Shown piece after piece: positions 41,714-53,346 of a stretch of 64,000 bases of DNA. Positions within the stretch are counted from its first letter, which is position 1. Every line of letters begins with the position of its first letter. Source of the stretch: an uncultured delta proteobacterium. GTDB lineage: Bacteria > Desulfobacterota > WTBG01 > CAIYCZ01 > CAIRTM01. Location: positions 98,900 through 162,899 of the forward strand of contig CAWDSQ010000032.1 in NCBI GenBank assembly GCA_963804955.1. The letters are read 5' to 3'. The position numbers and the translations under genes are program-made. The notes beneath the pieces are model-generated. The model was not told the origin of the DNA. It was given only the letters and a program-made list of their open reading frames with translations, and made no database searches.

Positions 41714-44034
41714 TCATTCTTCTGTCGGAGCTTCCTCAGTCTTCACCGTGCGTTTATATTTACACGTCTCGCTCGGGCATTTGATCGTGTGGCCGTAGCG
41801 CTTGGTTATTTTCTCAACAAGGTAGGCCGATCCGCAGTCGGGGCAGGCTTCGGCCAGACGGCTTGTCCCATGTGGCGAACTTGCACTTGGGGTAGTTGGA
41901 GCAGCTGAAAAAAATCTTGCCGCGGCGGCTCTTCTTCTCCATGATCTTGCCGCTGCCGCAGTCAGGGCAGGCAACATCAAGCGTCACGGGTTTTTTCAGC
42001 GGCCTGATAAATTTGCAGGCCGGGTAGCCCGAGCAGCCGAAGAACGTGCCGTAGCGGCCCTGCTTCACCACCAGCGGCTTGCCGCACTGCTCGCACTTCT
42101 CATCGGTGAGCTGCGGCTCCTCAGGCGCGTCCACGCCGTCGGAGTTCTTAAGGTTGCGCACATGGCGGCACTCGGGAAAGCCGCTGCAGGCATAAAACCG
42201 CCCGTACTTGCCCAGGCGGATAAGCAGGGGCTTGCCGCAATCAGGGCAAATTTCCTCTGTTTTCTCCGTTGTCACATCGGCCTTCTGGACTTCGGCCTCC
42301 TTATTTTTGATCAGCTCGATAAAGGGCGTCCAGAACTCCTTGATCGCCGGCTTCCAGGATGCTTCGCCGCGTGATATCTGGTCGAGACGGTCCTCCATAT
42401 AGGAGGTAAAACCGTAGTCGACATACTTTGTAAAATGCTTGACCAGCAGGTCGCTCACGATCATGCCGATATCTTCGGGGTGAAACCGCTTTTTGATGAG
42501 CTTCACATATTCGCGGTCCTGCAGGATGCTGATGATGCTTGCATAGGTCGAGGGTCTGCCGATGCCCAGTTCCTCAAGCGCTTTCACCAGTGAGGCCTCG
42601 GTGAAGCGGGGCGGCGGCTGGGTGAAGTGCTGCTCGGGTTTCAGCTCGATGAGATCAAGCCCTGCACCCTCTTCAAGCTGGGGCAGCATGCCCTCTTCCT
42701 CCTTCTGCTCATCCTCTGAAGTATCGTCGCCCTCAATATAGAGCTTCATAAAGCCGGGGAAACCGCACTGAAGAACCGGTGGCGCGGAAGACAAACTGCT
42801 GTTTCGCATCAATATCGATTGATACGGAATCAAGCAGCGCCACGGCCATCTGGCTTGCCACGGCCCGTTTCCAAATGAGATTATACAGCTTGTATTCATC
42901 GGGGCTGAGAGCCTGCCTGATCTCGTCGGGGATGAGACGGGCATCGGTGGGGCGTATGGCCTCATGGGCCTCCTGCGCATTCTTCGACTTTTTGGCAAAC
43001 TGCCGGGGATGCTTGAGTGCGTACTCGCTGCCATAGATCTTCACGATCACATCATGCAGGTCCCTGAGCGCGCCTTCTGAAAGGTTGACGCTGTCGGTGC
43101 GCATATAGGTAATGAGGCCCGTTGTGCCCGATCCCACATCAATACCCTCGTAGAGCTTCTGCGCGATAGACATGGTCTTTCTGGCTGAAAATCCGAGCTT
43201 GCGGGATGACTCCTGCTGCAGGGTGCTGGTGATGAACGGAGGGGGCGGCGTGCGCCTGATTTCCTTTTTCTGGACCGATGAAACGCTATAGGCGGCGCCT
43301 TGCAGATTTTCAACAATACGCTGAGCTTCACCCTCATCGGGTATGGCAAGCTTGTCGAGCTTTTTCCCTTCAATCTGAACAAGCTGGGCCTCAAAAGGGC
43401 TCTGCCTGTCCTGCGGCGTCAGGCGGGCCTCGATACTCCAGTACTCATCCTGCTTAAAGGCGCGTATCTCAAGCTCGCGGTCGCAGATAAGGCGCAGTGA
43501 AACAGACTGAACGCGGCCGGCAGACAGGCCGTAGCGAACTTTTTTCCAGAGAAACGGGCTCAGGTTGAAACCGACCAGATAGTCGAGCACCACACGGGCC
43601 TGCTGCGCATCGACAAGATCGACGGCAATTTCGCGGGGCGCTTTGATCGCCTCGGCAATGGCGTCTTTCGTTATCTCGTGAAATGCGATACGCTTGACGT
43701 CATAGTGGGCTGCCTTACCCCGGGCGGGCTTATCGAGCTTGAGGGCCGACACCAGATGCCAGGCAATGGCTTCACCCTCGCGGTCGGGGTCTGTGGCGAG
43801 GTACACGGTGGAGCAGTCTTTGAGTGACTTGCTTATTTCGGTCAGAAACTTTTTGCTGTCGGCAATAATATCGTATTTGGGGACCACATCTTCCCCGATT
43901 TCAACCGACCCCTGTTTGCTTGGAAGCGCCCGCACATGACCCTTGCACGCAAGGACCGTAAAGTCTTTGCCGAGAAACTTCGTGATGGTCCTTGCCTTTG
44001 CAGGCGACTCGACGATTACCAGAGATTTTTCCAT
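41714..44034 (-). CDS. topA: DNA topoisomerase I (frameshifted)
   Basis: LVIVESPAK, ATDPDREGE, SAGRVQS, ITYMRTDS, QEAHEAIRPT, GIGRPSTY, C-terminal Zn ribbons. Confidence 0.96.
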
Positions 44035-44125
44035 AAAACACGCTGAATTCTAAATTATTATATATTGTGGCCCAAAACATCTTCAGCAGGGACAGGTTTC
44101 AAAACTCTCTCTGCTTTTTATGTAT

Positions 44126-45233
44126 CTATACATGTGCTTTCGCAAACCGCTTGCCCGGCAGCTGCTGCACAAAACCGGCAAGTTCAAGCTCAAGCAGAAG
44201 TGATGAAAGCTGCCCCGAGGGCAAATGTGAGCGGACTATGAGATCATCGATATGCACCGGCGATTCCTGCAGCATGCCATACAGATTTTGAAGCGCAGGC
44301 TCAAGCTCAGCGATCCAGTCAACGTCCTGCTCAACTTTTTTATGCTGCGGCTCGCCGGGCTGTCAGCTCCTCGAGAATATCTCCAGCTCCTTCAACGAGT
44401 TTGGCTCCGTTGCGCAGCAGGCTGTGCACGCCCTTGGTTTTAAAAGAGTAGATGCTGCCGGGAACGGAAAAAACGTCGCGCCCCTGCTCAAGGGCCATGC
44501 GGGCCGTAATCAGCGACCCGCTTTTCATACCGGCCTCAACCACCAGCACCCCGAGGGCAAGGCCGCTGATGATCCTGTTGCGTGCCGGAAAGTTATAGGC
44601 ATTGGGCTTGGTGCCCATGCTGTACTCCGACACAACGGCGCCGTTTTCTACGATCCTGTCATACAGCTTTTTGTTTTCAAGTGGATACACAATGTCCACG
44701 CCGCAGCCCAGCACCGCAATGGTGCGGCCCTGCCCTGACAGTGCTGCAGCATGCGCAACCGAATCAATGCCGCGGGCCATGCCGCTCACGACGGTAAGGC
44801 CGGCAGCTGCCATTTCGCGGCAGATATCAAGGGCTACTTTGCGGCCGTAGTCCGATGAACTGCGGGAGCCGACAACGGCAAGAGCTCTCTGATCCTGAGG
44901 CTTCAGGCTGCCCTTAACATACAGAAGCGGCGGCGGGTCGTAAATATTCCTGAGATTATCAGGATACTCCGGAGAAGCAATGGTGAGCGCCTGCACACCT
45001 GCAGCCTCGATCCGTTCTATCTCGCGGTCTATGGCATCGCTGTGCCTGAACTGCCCGATGGCCTCAACCGTCTGCGGCCCCATGCCCTCGACCTGCGCAA
45101 GGTCATCGCGCCCGGCATGAAACACGCTCTCGGGAGAACCGAACCTCGCCAGGAGATTCTTGCAGGTGACATTCCCGATGCCGGCAATAAGGCGAAGGGC
45201 GATCCAGTAATAGAGCTCATGCACAGGCTGCAT
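44126..45233 (-). CDS. dprA: DNA processing protein DprA (frameshifted near the C-terminus)
   Basis: AVVGSR, VSGMARGIDS, FPARNRIISG, VVEAG..SGSLITA; wHTH tail ELELAGFVQQLPGKRF. Confidence 0.95.
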
Positions 45234-45377
45234 CCTTTGCGGTTTGAAAGTAAGCAAGATTGATAGCCGCGGGGCTTTTAAATGTCAAGCTCAAAGTTAG
45301 CCGTAAAGCATGCGTCTGCGGCCTGCAAATATGCTGCAGGCTATCGGGCATAGCGACGGGCCCGGGGTACAAAGTGA

Positions 45378-46145
45378 TTAAAGCCTGAAAACCTTTCGCG
45401 TATTTGCCATCGTCACCTGAGCCACTTCATCAATATGCAGCTGTTTTAACTGCGCTATTTTTTCAGCAACCAGGCGCACATAGGACGGCTCGTTTCGCTT
45501 ACCCCGGTGAGGCACAGGCGTAAGAAACGGGCAGTCGGTCTCAATAAGGAGATGTTCAATAGGCACATTTCTCACGACATCCTGGATAAGCTGGGCGCTC
45601 TTAAATGTTACGGTGCCGGGAATGGATATATAAAACCCCATATCGATGCAGGCAAAAGCCATGGCTGTGTCACCCGAGAAACAGTGCAGCACCCCGCCCA
45701 TGTCATGGGCATGTTCCTCGCGCAGTATCTCAACTGTTTCATCATGGGCATCGCGGTCATGAATGACCACGGGCATTTTCAGGCTCCGGGCAAGGCCGAG
45801 CTGGTCGCGGAAGCAGCTGCGCTGGGCATCCCTGGGCGAAAGGTTACGAAAATAATCAAGGCCCATCTCTCCTAAAGCTACTACTTTGGCATTGGCGGCA
45901 TTCTGTTCTATAAAATCAATGGCCGCGCGATCAAACTCTGCTGCATTATGCGGATGCATGCCGAGGGTTGCGTAAATGAAAGGATAGCGGGAGGCTATTT
46001 CAAGGGCCTTTCTGCATTCGTCCATGCCGATCCCCACGGTGATGATCGAATCAATGCCGTTATCCAGAGCGCGCTGTATAACGGCCTCAAGGTCATGGGT
46101 GAATTCCGGCAAATCAAGATGAGCGTGTGAGTCTATAAGGGGCAT
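45378..46145 (-). CDS. tatD: TatD family hydrolase
   Basis: IDSHAHL, GMHPH, GEMGLDY, IHDRDAH, LHCFSG, ETDCPFL. Confidence 0.93.
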   Translation of the reverse strand: MPLIDSHAHLDLPEFTHDLEAVIQRALDNGIDSIITVGIGMDECRKALEIASRYPFIYATLGMHPHNAAEFDRAAIDFIEQNAANAKVVALGEMGLDYFRNLSPRDAQRSCFRDQLGLARSLKMPVVIHDRDAHDETVEILREEHAHDMGGVLHCFSGDTAMAFACIDMGFYISIPGTVTFKSAQLIQDVVRNVPIEHLLIETDCPFLTPVPHRGKRNEPSYVRLVAEKIAQLKQLHIDEVAQVTMANTRKVFRL

Positions 46146-46167
46146 ATGTTGTTTTGATGTAATGCAA

Positions 46168-46268
46168 GTTCGAATTTTGGATTTCGAATTGCGGATTTTG
46201 GATTTAAAACATTGAACCTTGAACTTTCAACCTTGAACCCAGAGCCCCGTTTCCTTGACCCCGAATCT
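46168..46268. repeat. Two adjacent 7-bp tandem arrays
   Basis: Minus strand AAATCCA AAATCCG CAATTCG AAATCCA AAATTCG, then plus strand CATTGAA CCTTGAA CTTTCAA CCTTGAA CCCAGAG. Confidence 0.65.
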
Positions 46269-46676
46269 TCACGCCCCCAGCACCTGCACCCAAACCGTAC
46301 GGTTGCGCGGGCCATCGAATTCGCAAAAGAAAATAGACTGCCAGGTGCCGAGCTGCAAACTGCCGCCTTCAACAATAACGTTAAGCGAGCAGCCGAAAAG
46401 GGATGATTTGATATGGGCTGCCGAGTTGCCCTCACTGTGAGCATAGCCGTCGGTAAACGGGATGACCTTATTCATCTCCATGAGCATATCGCGGATCACA
46501 TCAGGATCAGCATTTTCATTTATGGTCACCCCAGCCGTGGTATGCGGGACAAAGACGGTGCAGATGCCGCTTTGAATGCCCGCTGCATGCACTGCGGCCT
46601 GCACCTGGGCGGTAATGTTAACCATGTTGGTCTGCTTCTGTGTTTTAACGGTGAAGTCTTTCATGATGGACTCCAT
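46269..46676 (-). CDS. yjbQ: YjbQ/UPF0047 family protein
   Basis: VPHTTAGVTINENADPDV, HSEGNSAAHIK, LGTWQSIFFCEFDGPR. Confidence 0.92.
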   Translation of the reverse strand: MESIMKDFTVKTQKQTNMVNITAQVQAAVHAAGIQSGICTVFVPHTTAGVTINENADPDVIRDMLMEMNKVIPFTDGYAHSEGNSAAHIKSSLFGCSLNVIVEGGSLQLGTWQSIFFCEFDGPRNRTVWVQVLGA

Positions 46677-46851
46677 TTACAATGATCTATTAAAAATTAT
46701 AATTATAACCGCCTAAGCGGACAGAGTCAACCGCCGCAATCACATAAGACATGCGCTGGCAACGTGTTGACATGCTGCGCAATGGCTGTTATGGTAATCT
46801 CCACCATTTACCATATGAGAGCAGTTATGCCTTCAGCATTACATATAAGCA

Positions 46852-47642
46852 GTGGCCTTTCTCCCCGTTTTTCGAAAATGCATCCGCACGGCGTCATTAC
46901 TGCTGGCGCTCATGCTGCTGGCGCCTGCATCGGCGCCGGGTGCAGACAAACAGAAATTTCCGCGGCCCACGGGGGCTGTCAATGACTTTGCCGGAGTTAT
47001 CCCCGCGGACATCAAAACCCGCATGGAAAACCTCGGCAGCGAAATTCTGGAAAAAACCGGCACCGCCGTTGTGGTTGCCGCCTTCTCCTCCCTTAATGGA
47101 GAAGAACCCGACATGTACGCCACCGATCTGTATGCAGCCTGGGGCATCGGCAAAAAAGGTGAAGATAAAGGCGTGCTCATCTTTCTCGCCGTGCAGGAGC
47201 GCAAAATACGCATTGAAATCGGCTATGGCGTTGAAGGCATACTGCCTGACGGTCTTGTCGGCAGCATTCTCGACCAGTATGTGATGCCCGTATCTTAAAA
47301 CCGGCGATTACGGCCAGGGGCTTTTCAGCGGCATGCTTGCCGTGGGAACCGTTATTGCCCGGGATGCCGGCGTGACCATCGGCGAGGGCTATCAGCTGAA
47401 ACGCCCCGTTCAGCAAAGAAGGCCGCAGCGCGGCTCAGGTCTCGGGGGACTGCTGCTGCTTGTGCTGCTGGCTCATATTTGCGATGACGCCGGTTGGCAG
47501 GGCTATGCTGCCCTGGCTGCTGCTGTCTGCTCTCTCGGGCGGACGAGGAGGCGGCGGCGGTTTCGGCAGCTTCGGCGGCGGCGGATTTGGCGGCTTCGGC
47601 GGCGGCATGAGCGGCGGCGGCGGAGCCGGGAGAAGTTTTTAA
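46852..47642 (+). CDS. TPM domain protein with Gly-rich tail (frameshifted)
   Basis: VNDFAGVI, WGIGKKGEDKGVL, RIEIGYGVEGILPD, FGGFGGGMSGGGGAGRSF. Confidence 0.9.
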
Positions 47643-47718
47643 TCACGGGACTTAAAATCCCCTGCCCTCTTTGGAAAAGGGGAAAAAGGGGGATTAAAAA
47701 AAACTTAAAGGATTAAAA

Positions 47719-48454
47719 ATGACAAAAATACCGCACAAGCCTGAAGACATTTTCGAGCCCTTCACGGACGATTACCGGGCTGCGTTCGGCGCAGACCTTG
47801 AAAGCATCATTCTCTACGGCAGCGCAGCCCGCAGCGAATACGTGCCGAAAGTCTCGGACATCAACTTCATGATCATGCTGAGCCCGGAAGGGATGAAGCG
47901 GCTGGCCGCTGCCATGCCGCTGGTTGACAGATGGGGCAAAGCGCGGGTCGCCACGCCGCTGTTTCTCACGCAGGATTATATTTTTTCATCCATTGATGTT
48001 TTTCCCATAGAGTTTCTCAATATGAAGGCATCCTACCGGCTCGTCTGGGGCAAGGATGTGCTGAAAAATCTTGAATTCGATAAGCGGCTTGTCCGCTTGC
48101 AGGCCGAGCGGGAGATCAAGGCAAAGCTTCTGCACCTGCGGGAGCGCTTTGTGGAAACCGGCGGCAACGCGAAAAAAATTACCCAGCTCATCAGCATATC
48201 GCTGCCGGCATTTTTTTCGATCTTTCAGGCCGTGCTTTTCCTCAACGATCAGCAACCCAGCACAAAAATGAGTGAGCTGCTTGCACATGCCTCACGTTCT
48301 TCCGGGCTGAATACCTCTCTGTTTGAAACGCTTGCAGCCGTGCGCAATAAAACCAGAAAGCTCAAGCCAGACGAGTCGCTGAGCCTTATGGATGTCCTAT
48401 CTTGAAGAAGTACACAGACTCGCCATGCATATCGATTCTTTCATTCATCGCTAG
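47719..48454 (+). CDS. Nucleotidyltransferase-domain protein
   Basis: SIILYGSAARSEY...SDINFMI; SIDVFPIEFL. Confidence 0.75.
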
Positions 48455-48465
48455 GAGGCACACTT

Positions 48466-49034
48466 ATGAAAAAAACACGTCGATCACTGGTTTTTATCTC
48501 TCTGCTGTTCTTTGCGGGGTACCTGCTGCCGGGCTGCAGCACCTACAACAGCCTTGTTGCTCTTGATGAGGGCGTCAAGGAGTCCTGGGCGCAGATCGAT
48601 ACGCAGCTGCAGCGCCGCATGGACCTGATACCCAATTATGTCGAGACGGTGAAGGGCTATGCCGCACAGGAAAAAGATGTGCTGGTGAAGGTGACCGAAG
48701 CGCGGTCAAAGGTGGCGGGAGCCGGCACAATACCGGAGAAAATCGATGCCAACAACCAGCTCACTTCAGCCCTCAGCAGGCTCATGGTGGTCGTGGAAAA
48801 ATACCCGGACCTCAAGTCGAATCAGAACTTCCTGCGCCTGCAGGACGAGCTGGCCGGCACTGAGAACCGCATTGCCGTTGCCCGCAAGCGCTACAACGAG
48901 GCGGTCAAGCAATACAATACCACCATGCGCTCGTTTCCGGCAAATATGATCGCAAGCTCGTTTCAAGTTCAAGGAAGCAGACCTATTTCGATGCTCCGGA
49001 ATCAGCCGCCACCCCGCCGCCGGTGAAGTTTTAA
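48466..49034 (+). CDS. lemA: LemA family protein
   Basis: QRRMDLIPN.VETVKGYA, YPDLKSNQNFL.LQDELAGTENRIAVAR. Confidence 0.93.
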
Positions 49035-49062
49035 CGATACCATCATTAAACGGATACAGTAA

Positions 49063-49096
49063 AAAGACCGGAGGAATTATTAATCCTCCGGTCTTT
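49063..49096. terminator. Hairpin terminator between convergent lemA and M16 genes
   Basis: AAAGACCGGAGGA...TCCTCCGGTCTTT. Confidence 0.75.
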
Positions 49097-49229
49097 CTTA
49101 TTCTACCAGGAACGCGATAACTGTGCCACGGACCTGATTCCCAATCCCGTATGGGCAGCCGGCCGGTCAACCTTACGATTCGAACACAGAGTTTACAGAG
49201 TTGCCACGCAGATCATGGTCGCTGGACCA

Positions 49230-50498
49230 TCAACCAAGCAGCAGCAGGTCGCGGGGCAGGTCCTTATTTCTCAGTGGCCCTAAAAAGGTGCAGGTAAGCT
49301 GATCATCTCTGAAAAGCCCGCGGGCCAGCTCGCGCACATCTTCCTCCGTGACAGCATCGATGTCTTTGAGAATCCGGGAAAGAGGAATGTACTGGTCATA
49401 ATACATTTCGCACTTTGCCAGCCGGCTCATGCGGCTGTCGGTGCCCTCCATGGCAAGCAGCATATTGCCCTTGAGCTGCTCCTTGGCGGCAGACAGCTCG
49501 GCGGCAGTGACCGGCTTTTCACGAAGGCTGCGCATTTCATCAAACACAATGCGCAGAGCCTCCTCCACCGTGTCCTTCACAACTCCCATGTAGACGCCGA
49601 ACACGCCCGTATCGAAAAAAGATGCCGTAAATGACGTGACGGAATAGGCAAGCCCCCGGTTTTCCCGTATTTCCTGAAACAGCCGCGAGCTCATGCCGCC
49701 CCCGAGAATGGCATTGAGCACATACAGCGCGTAGCGCTCACGGGCAAGATGCGAACAGCCGGGCGTGCCAAGGCAGACATGCACCTGCTCAAGGCTGCGG
49801 AAATTGCAGGAAATGCTGCGTGAAGGGTGAAACGAGGCCTGTGCCGGAGAGAGTTTTTTCCTCTTGATATCGTCAAACTTTTTTGCCAGCCGGTCGACAA
49901 CGGCCTCATGTTCCATATTGCCCGCCACCGCAATAACAATCCGCTCTGGCACAAGATACTCGCGGCGGTAAAAACCGGTTATGTCAGGGCGCCGGAAATT
50001 CTGAACCGTGTCAAGCTCACCCAGGATATTGTACCCCAGGGGATGATCAGTGAAAAAATCATGATTGAACATATCCTGGATATAGTCATCCGGGGTGTCC
50101 TTCACCATGTTGATTTCCTGCAGAATGACATTGCGCTCTTTTTCAATATCATCCTGCAGAAACAGGGAGTGAAAAAAAATGTCGCACAGCAGATTAACCG
50201 CCAGGTCAACATGCTGCTTGAGAACCTTCACGTAAAAACAGGTGTACTCCTTTGAGGTGAAGGCGTTAAAAACTCCTCCGACCGAGTCGATCATGCGGGC
50301 GATTTCGCCGGCAGAGTACTTTTGTGTGCCCTTGAACAGCATATGCTCAATGAAATGGGCTATGCCCGACTCGGCTTTATGCTCATGGCGCGAGCCCGAG
50401 CGTATCCAGATGCCTATTGAAACGGAGTGCACATGCGTTACCCGCTCGCTCACTATCCGCACGCCGCTGTCAAGAACGGTTTTATTAATTTTTGCCAT
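49230..50498 (-). CDS. M16 family zinc peptidase
   Basis: GIAHFIEHMLFKGT, NAFTSKE, GGGMSSRLFQEIRE. Confidence 0.94.
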   Translation of the reverse strand: MAKINKTVLDSGVRIVSERVTHVHSVSIGIWIRSGSRHEHKAESGIAHFIEHMLFKGTQKYSAGEIARMIDSVGGVFNAFTSKEYTCFYVKVLKQHVDLAVNLLCDIFFHSLFLQDDIEKERNVILQEINMVKDTPDDYIQDMFNHDFFTDHPLGYNILGELDTVQNFRRPDITGFYRREYLVPERIVIAVAGNMEHEAVVDRLAKKFDDIKRKKLSPAQASFHPSRSISCNFRSLEQVHVCLGTPGCSHLARERYALYVLNAILGGGMSSRLFQEIRENRGLAYSVTSFTASFFDTGVFGVYMGVVKDTVEEALRIVFDEMRSLREKPVTAAELSAAKEQLKGNMLLAMEGTDSRMSRLAKCEMYYDQYIPLSRILKDIDAVTEEDVRELARGLFRDDQLTCTFLGPLRNKDLPRDLLLLG

Positions 50499-50794
50499 TC
50501 TTATTTTTCTTTTAAATTTTTTCAGACGCCTTTAGTACAAAGCCCCCCCAAGGAGGGGGGGAACGATTCCCCCTTTAGCAAAGGGGGTTAGGGGGATTTG
50601 TCAGGCTGCAAAAAATCCCCCTGTATCCCCCTTTTTCAAAGGGGGATGAAATATGAATGTTTTTATGTATAAAATAAATAGCGCCCTCTTTTTTATGTGC
50701 CACTGCCCTAGACGACGAAGGCACGGGGAAACATTGTTTCCCTGTGCCTCCATGCAGGAACCATCGTTATACAAGCAGGCTGTACTCAGTCGGC

Positions 50795-52887
50795 CTAATC
50801 CTGGTCACTGAGAGCAGCCTTGCGGCTGAGCCTGATCTTTCCCTGCGAATCGATCTCGAGAACCTTGACCATGACCTCATCGCCCTCGTTAAGAACGTCG
50901 CGCACATTGGCTACACGCTCATTGGCAAGCTGGGAGATATGCACAAGGCCGTCACAGCCGGGAATGATCTCAACAAAAGCGCCGAAATCCATAATCTTGC
51001 GAACCTTGCCCTTATAAATCTTGCCGATTTCGGCCTCGGCCACAAGTCCGCGAATCAGATCAAGAGCCTTCTCGATGGATGCCTGATCAGCCGATGCCAC
51101 CGATACCTTGCCGTCGTCCGCAACATCTATCTTACACCCGGTCTGGGCTATGATGCCCTTGATATTCTTGCCGCCGGGGCCGATGACGGCGCTGATCTTG
51201 TCGGGCCGAACCTGAATGGTAACGATGCGCGGCGCGCGCGGCGAAATGTCGGGCCGCGGCTCACTGATCGTCTTCTGCATGATGTCAAGGATATGGAGCC
51301 GTCCCTCGCGGGCCTGCTCAAGCGCCTGCAGACAGAATCTCCTTCGGCAGCCCCTTGATCTTGATGTCCATCTGGATGGCGGTCACGCCGTTGCGCGTGC
51401 CTGCAACCTTGAAGTCCATATCGCCGACATGATCCTCGTCGCCCAGAATATCGGAAAGCACCACGAAGGTGTCGCCTTCCTTGATGAGCCCCATGGCGAT
51501 GCCCGCAACAGGGTCCTTGATCGGCACGCCCGCATCCATCAGCGACAGCGTGCTGCCGCAGACCGTTGCCATGGAGGATGAGCCGTTTGACTCAAGCACT
51601 TCGGACACGATCCGGATGGTGTACGGAAAAACTTCAGCCGTCGGCAGGACATAGCTGATTGCGCGCTCGGCAAGATTTCCGTGGCCGATGTCGCGGCGGC
51701 TGGCCGACCGGAGGGGTCGGGCCTCGCCAACGGAAAACGGCGGAAAATTGTAGTGCAGCATGAACGCCTTGGTGCTCTCGCCGATGAGCGCATCAACCCG
51801 CTGCTCATCATCTGCCCGTACCAAGGGTTGTCGCCACCAGCGCCTGGGTCTCGCCGCGGGTAAACAGGCCCGATCCATGCGTTCTGGGCAGTAGCGCCAC
51901 ATCGCAGCTGATGGCCCGTATATCTTTATTGGTGCGGCCGTCAATGCGGCGGCCGTCCCTGGTGATGGCGCTGCGGATAATCTCCCCCTCAAGGCTCTCA
52001 AGAGCGGCGGCAATATCATTTTCCGCCTCAGGGAGCTCAGCTTTAAGCTCGGTGAGCGCCTGCGAAAAAACATCGCTCACGGCGGCATTGCGCTCAAGCT
52101 TCACCGGAAGCGCCAGTGCGGCCTTCATGGGCTCAAAAGCCCTCTGCCGAACCTTATCCGTGATCTCGGGGGCGATGCTGCGGTCGGCAATGTTCATCTT
52201 GGGCTTGCCGACGCGCTCGCGCAGTTCGCGCTGCATGTCCAGCACGTCCTGAAGGCCGCTGTGGCCGAACATGATGGCATCAAGCAGAACCTGCTCGGAT
52301 ACGCACTGAGCCGATCCTTCGACCATGACCACCGCGTCCCGGCTGCCGGCAACAACGATGTCGAGCTCGCTGTCCGCCATTTTGGCGGTGGGCGGATTGA
52401 TTTCAAACTGGCCGTCAAAACGGCCGACGCGCACACCGGCGATAGGCCCGTGAAAGGGAATATCGGAAAGCTCAAGGGCTGCCGAAGCGCCGATCATGGC
52501 CGCCATATCGGGATCGTTCTCGCCATCGGCGGAAAGAACTGTTGCGATAATCTGAACGTCGTTGCGAAACCCCTTGGGGAAAAGAGGCCGCAGGGGCCGG
52601 TCGATGAACCGGGAGGTCAGTATTTCATGTTCGCTGAGCCGGCCTTCACGCTTGAAAAATCCGCCCGGAATTTTGCCCGCAGCATAGGTCTTTTCAACAT
52701 AATCAACTGAGAGGGGGAAAAAATCCACGCCCTCCCGCTGCTTGCTTGAGACGACTGCGGTAACGAGCACCACGGTTTCACCATAGCGCACCAGCACCGA
52801 ACCGTTTGCCTGCTTGGCCAGCAGCCCTGTCTCAATCGTCAACGGACGTCCGCCCAAATCAATAGTTACTTTTTCTTGTACTGTCAT
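50795..52887 (-). CDS. pnp: Polyribonucleotide nucleotidyltransferase (frameshifted)
   Basis: [46 protein letters not shown] and S1 domains. Confidence 0.97.
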
Positions 52888-52978
52888 TATTTTTTCCTCA
52901 TAGTGTGGGCAGAAATCTCGGATGGGCCTGCATCTGCAGGCCTCTTTTACCACCTGTTTCCGCCCGTGTAGTGTACGC

Positions 52979-53248
52979 TTACTTTCTCAGATTCAGTGAT
53001 ACCAGAATCTCTTTGTACTTATCGACATTTCTGCTCTTCAGATAATCAAGCAGCCGTCTGCGCTGATTAACCATTTTGATAAGCCCGCGCCGGGTATTGA
53101 AATCCTTGACATGGCTCTTCATATGCCCGGTCAGATACGTTATGCGCTCGGAAAGCAGCGCAATCTGGACTTCGCTGGAGCCGGTGTCCTTCTCGTGAGT
53201 TCTGAATTTTCCGATAATCTCCTGTTTCTGTTCGTTCTGTAATGCCAT
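52979..53248 (-). CDS. rpsO: 30S ribosomal protein S15
   Basis: DTGSSEVQIALL...RRGLIKMVNQRRRLLDYL. Confidence 0.97.
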   Translation of the reverse strand: MALQNEQKQEIIGKFRTHEKDTGSSEVQIALLSERITYLTGHMKSHVKDFNTRRGLIKMVNQRRRLLDYLKSRNVDKYKEILVSLNLRK

Positions 53249-53346
53249 ACTTCTAACCTCTCTCATTACATAGTGTTTCTCGTTTATTACTTCTGCCTTT
53301 TATTTTTTATTCTGTTGTGTATTGACTGCTCCCTGACGCCTCTGCA

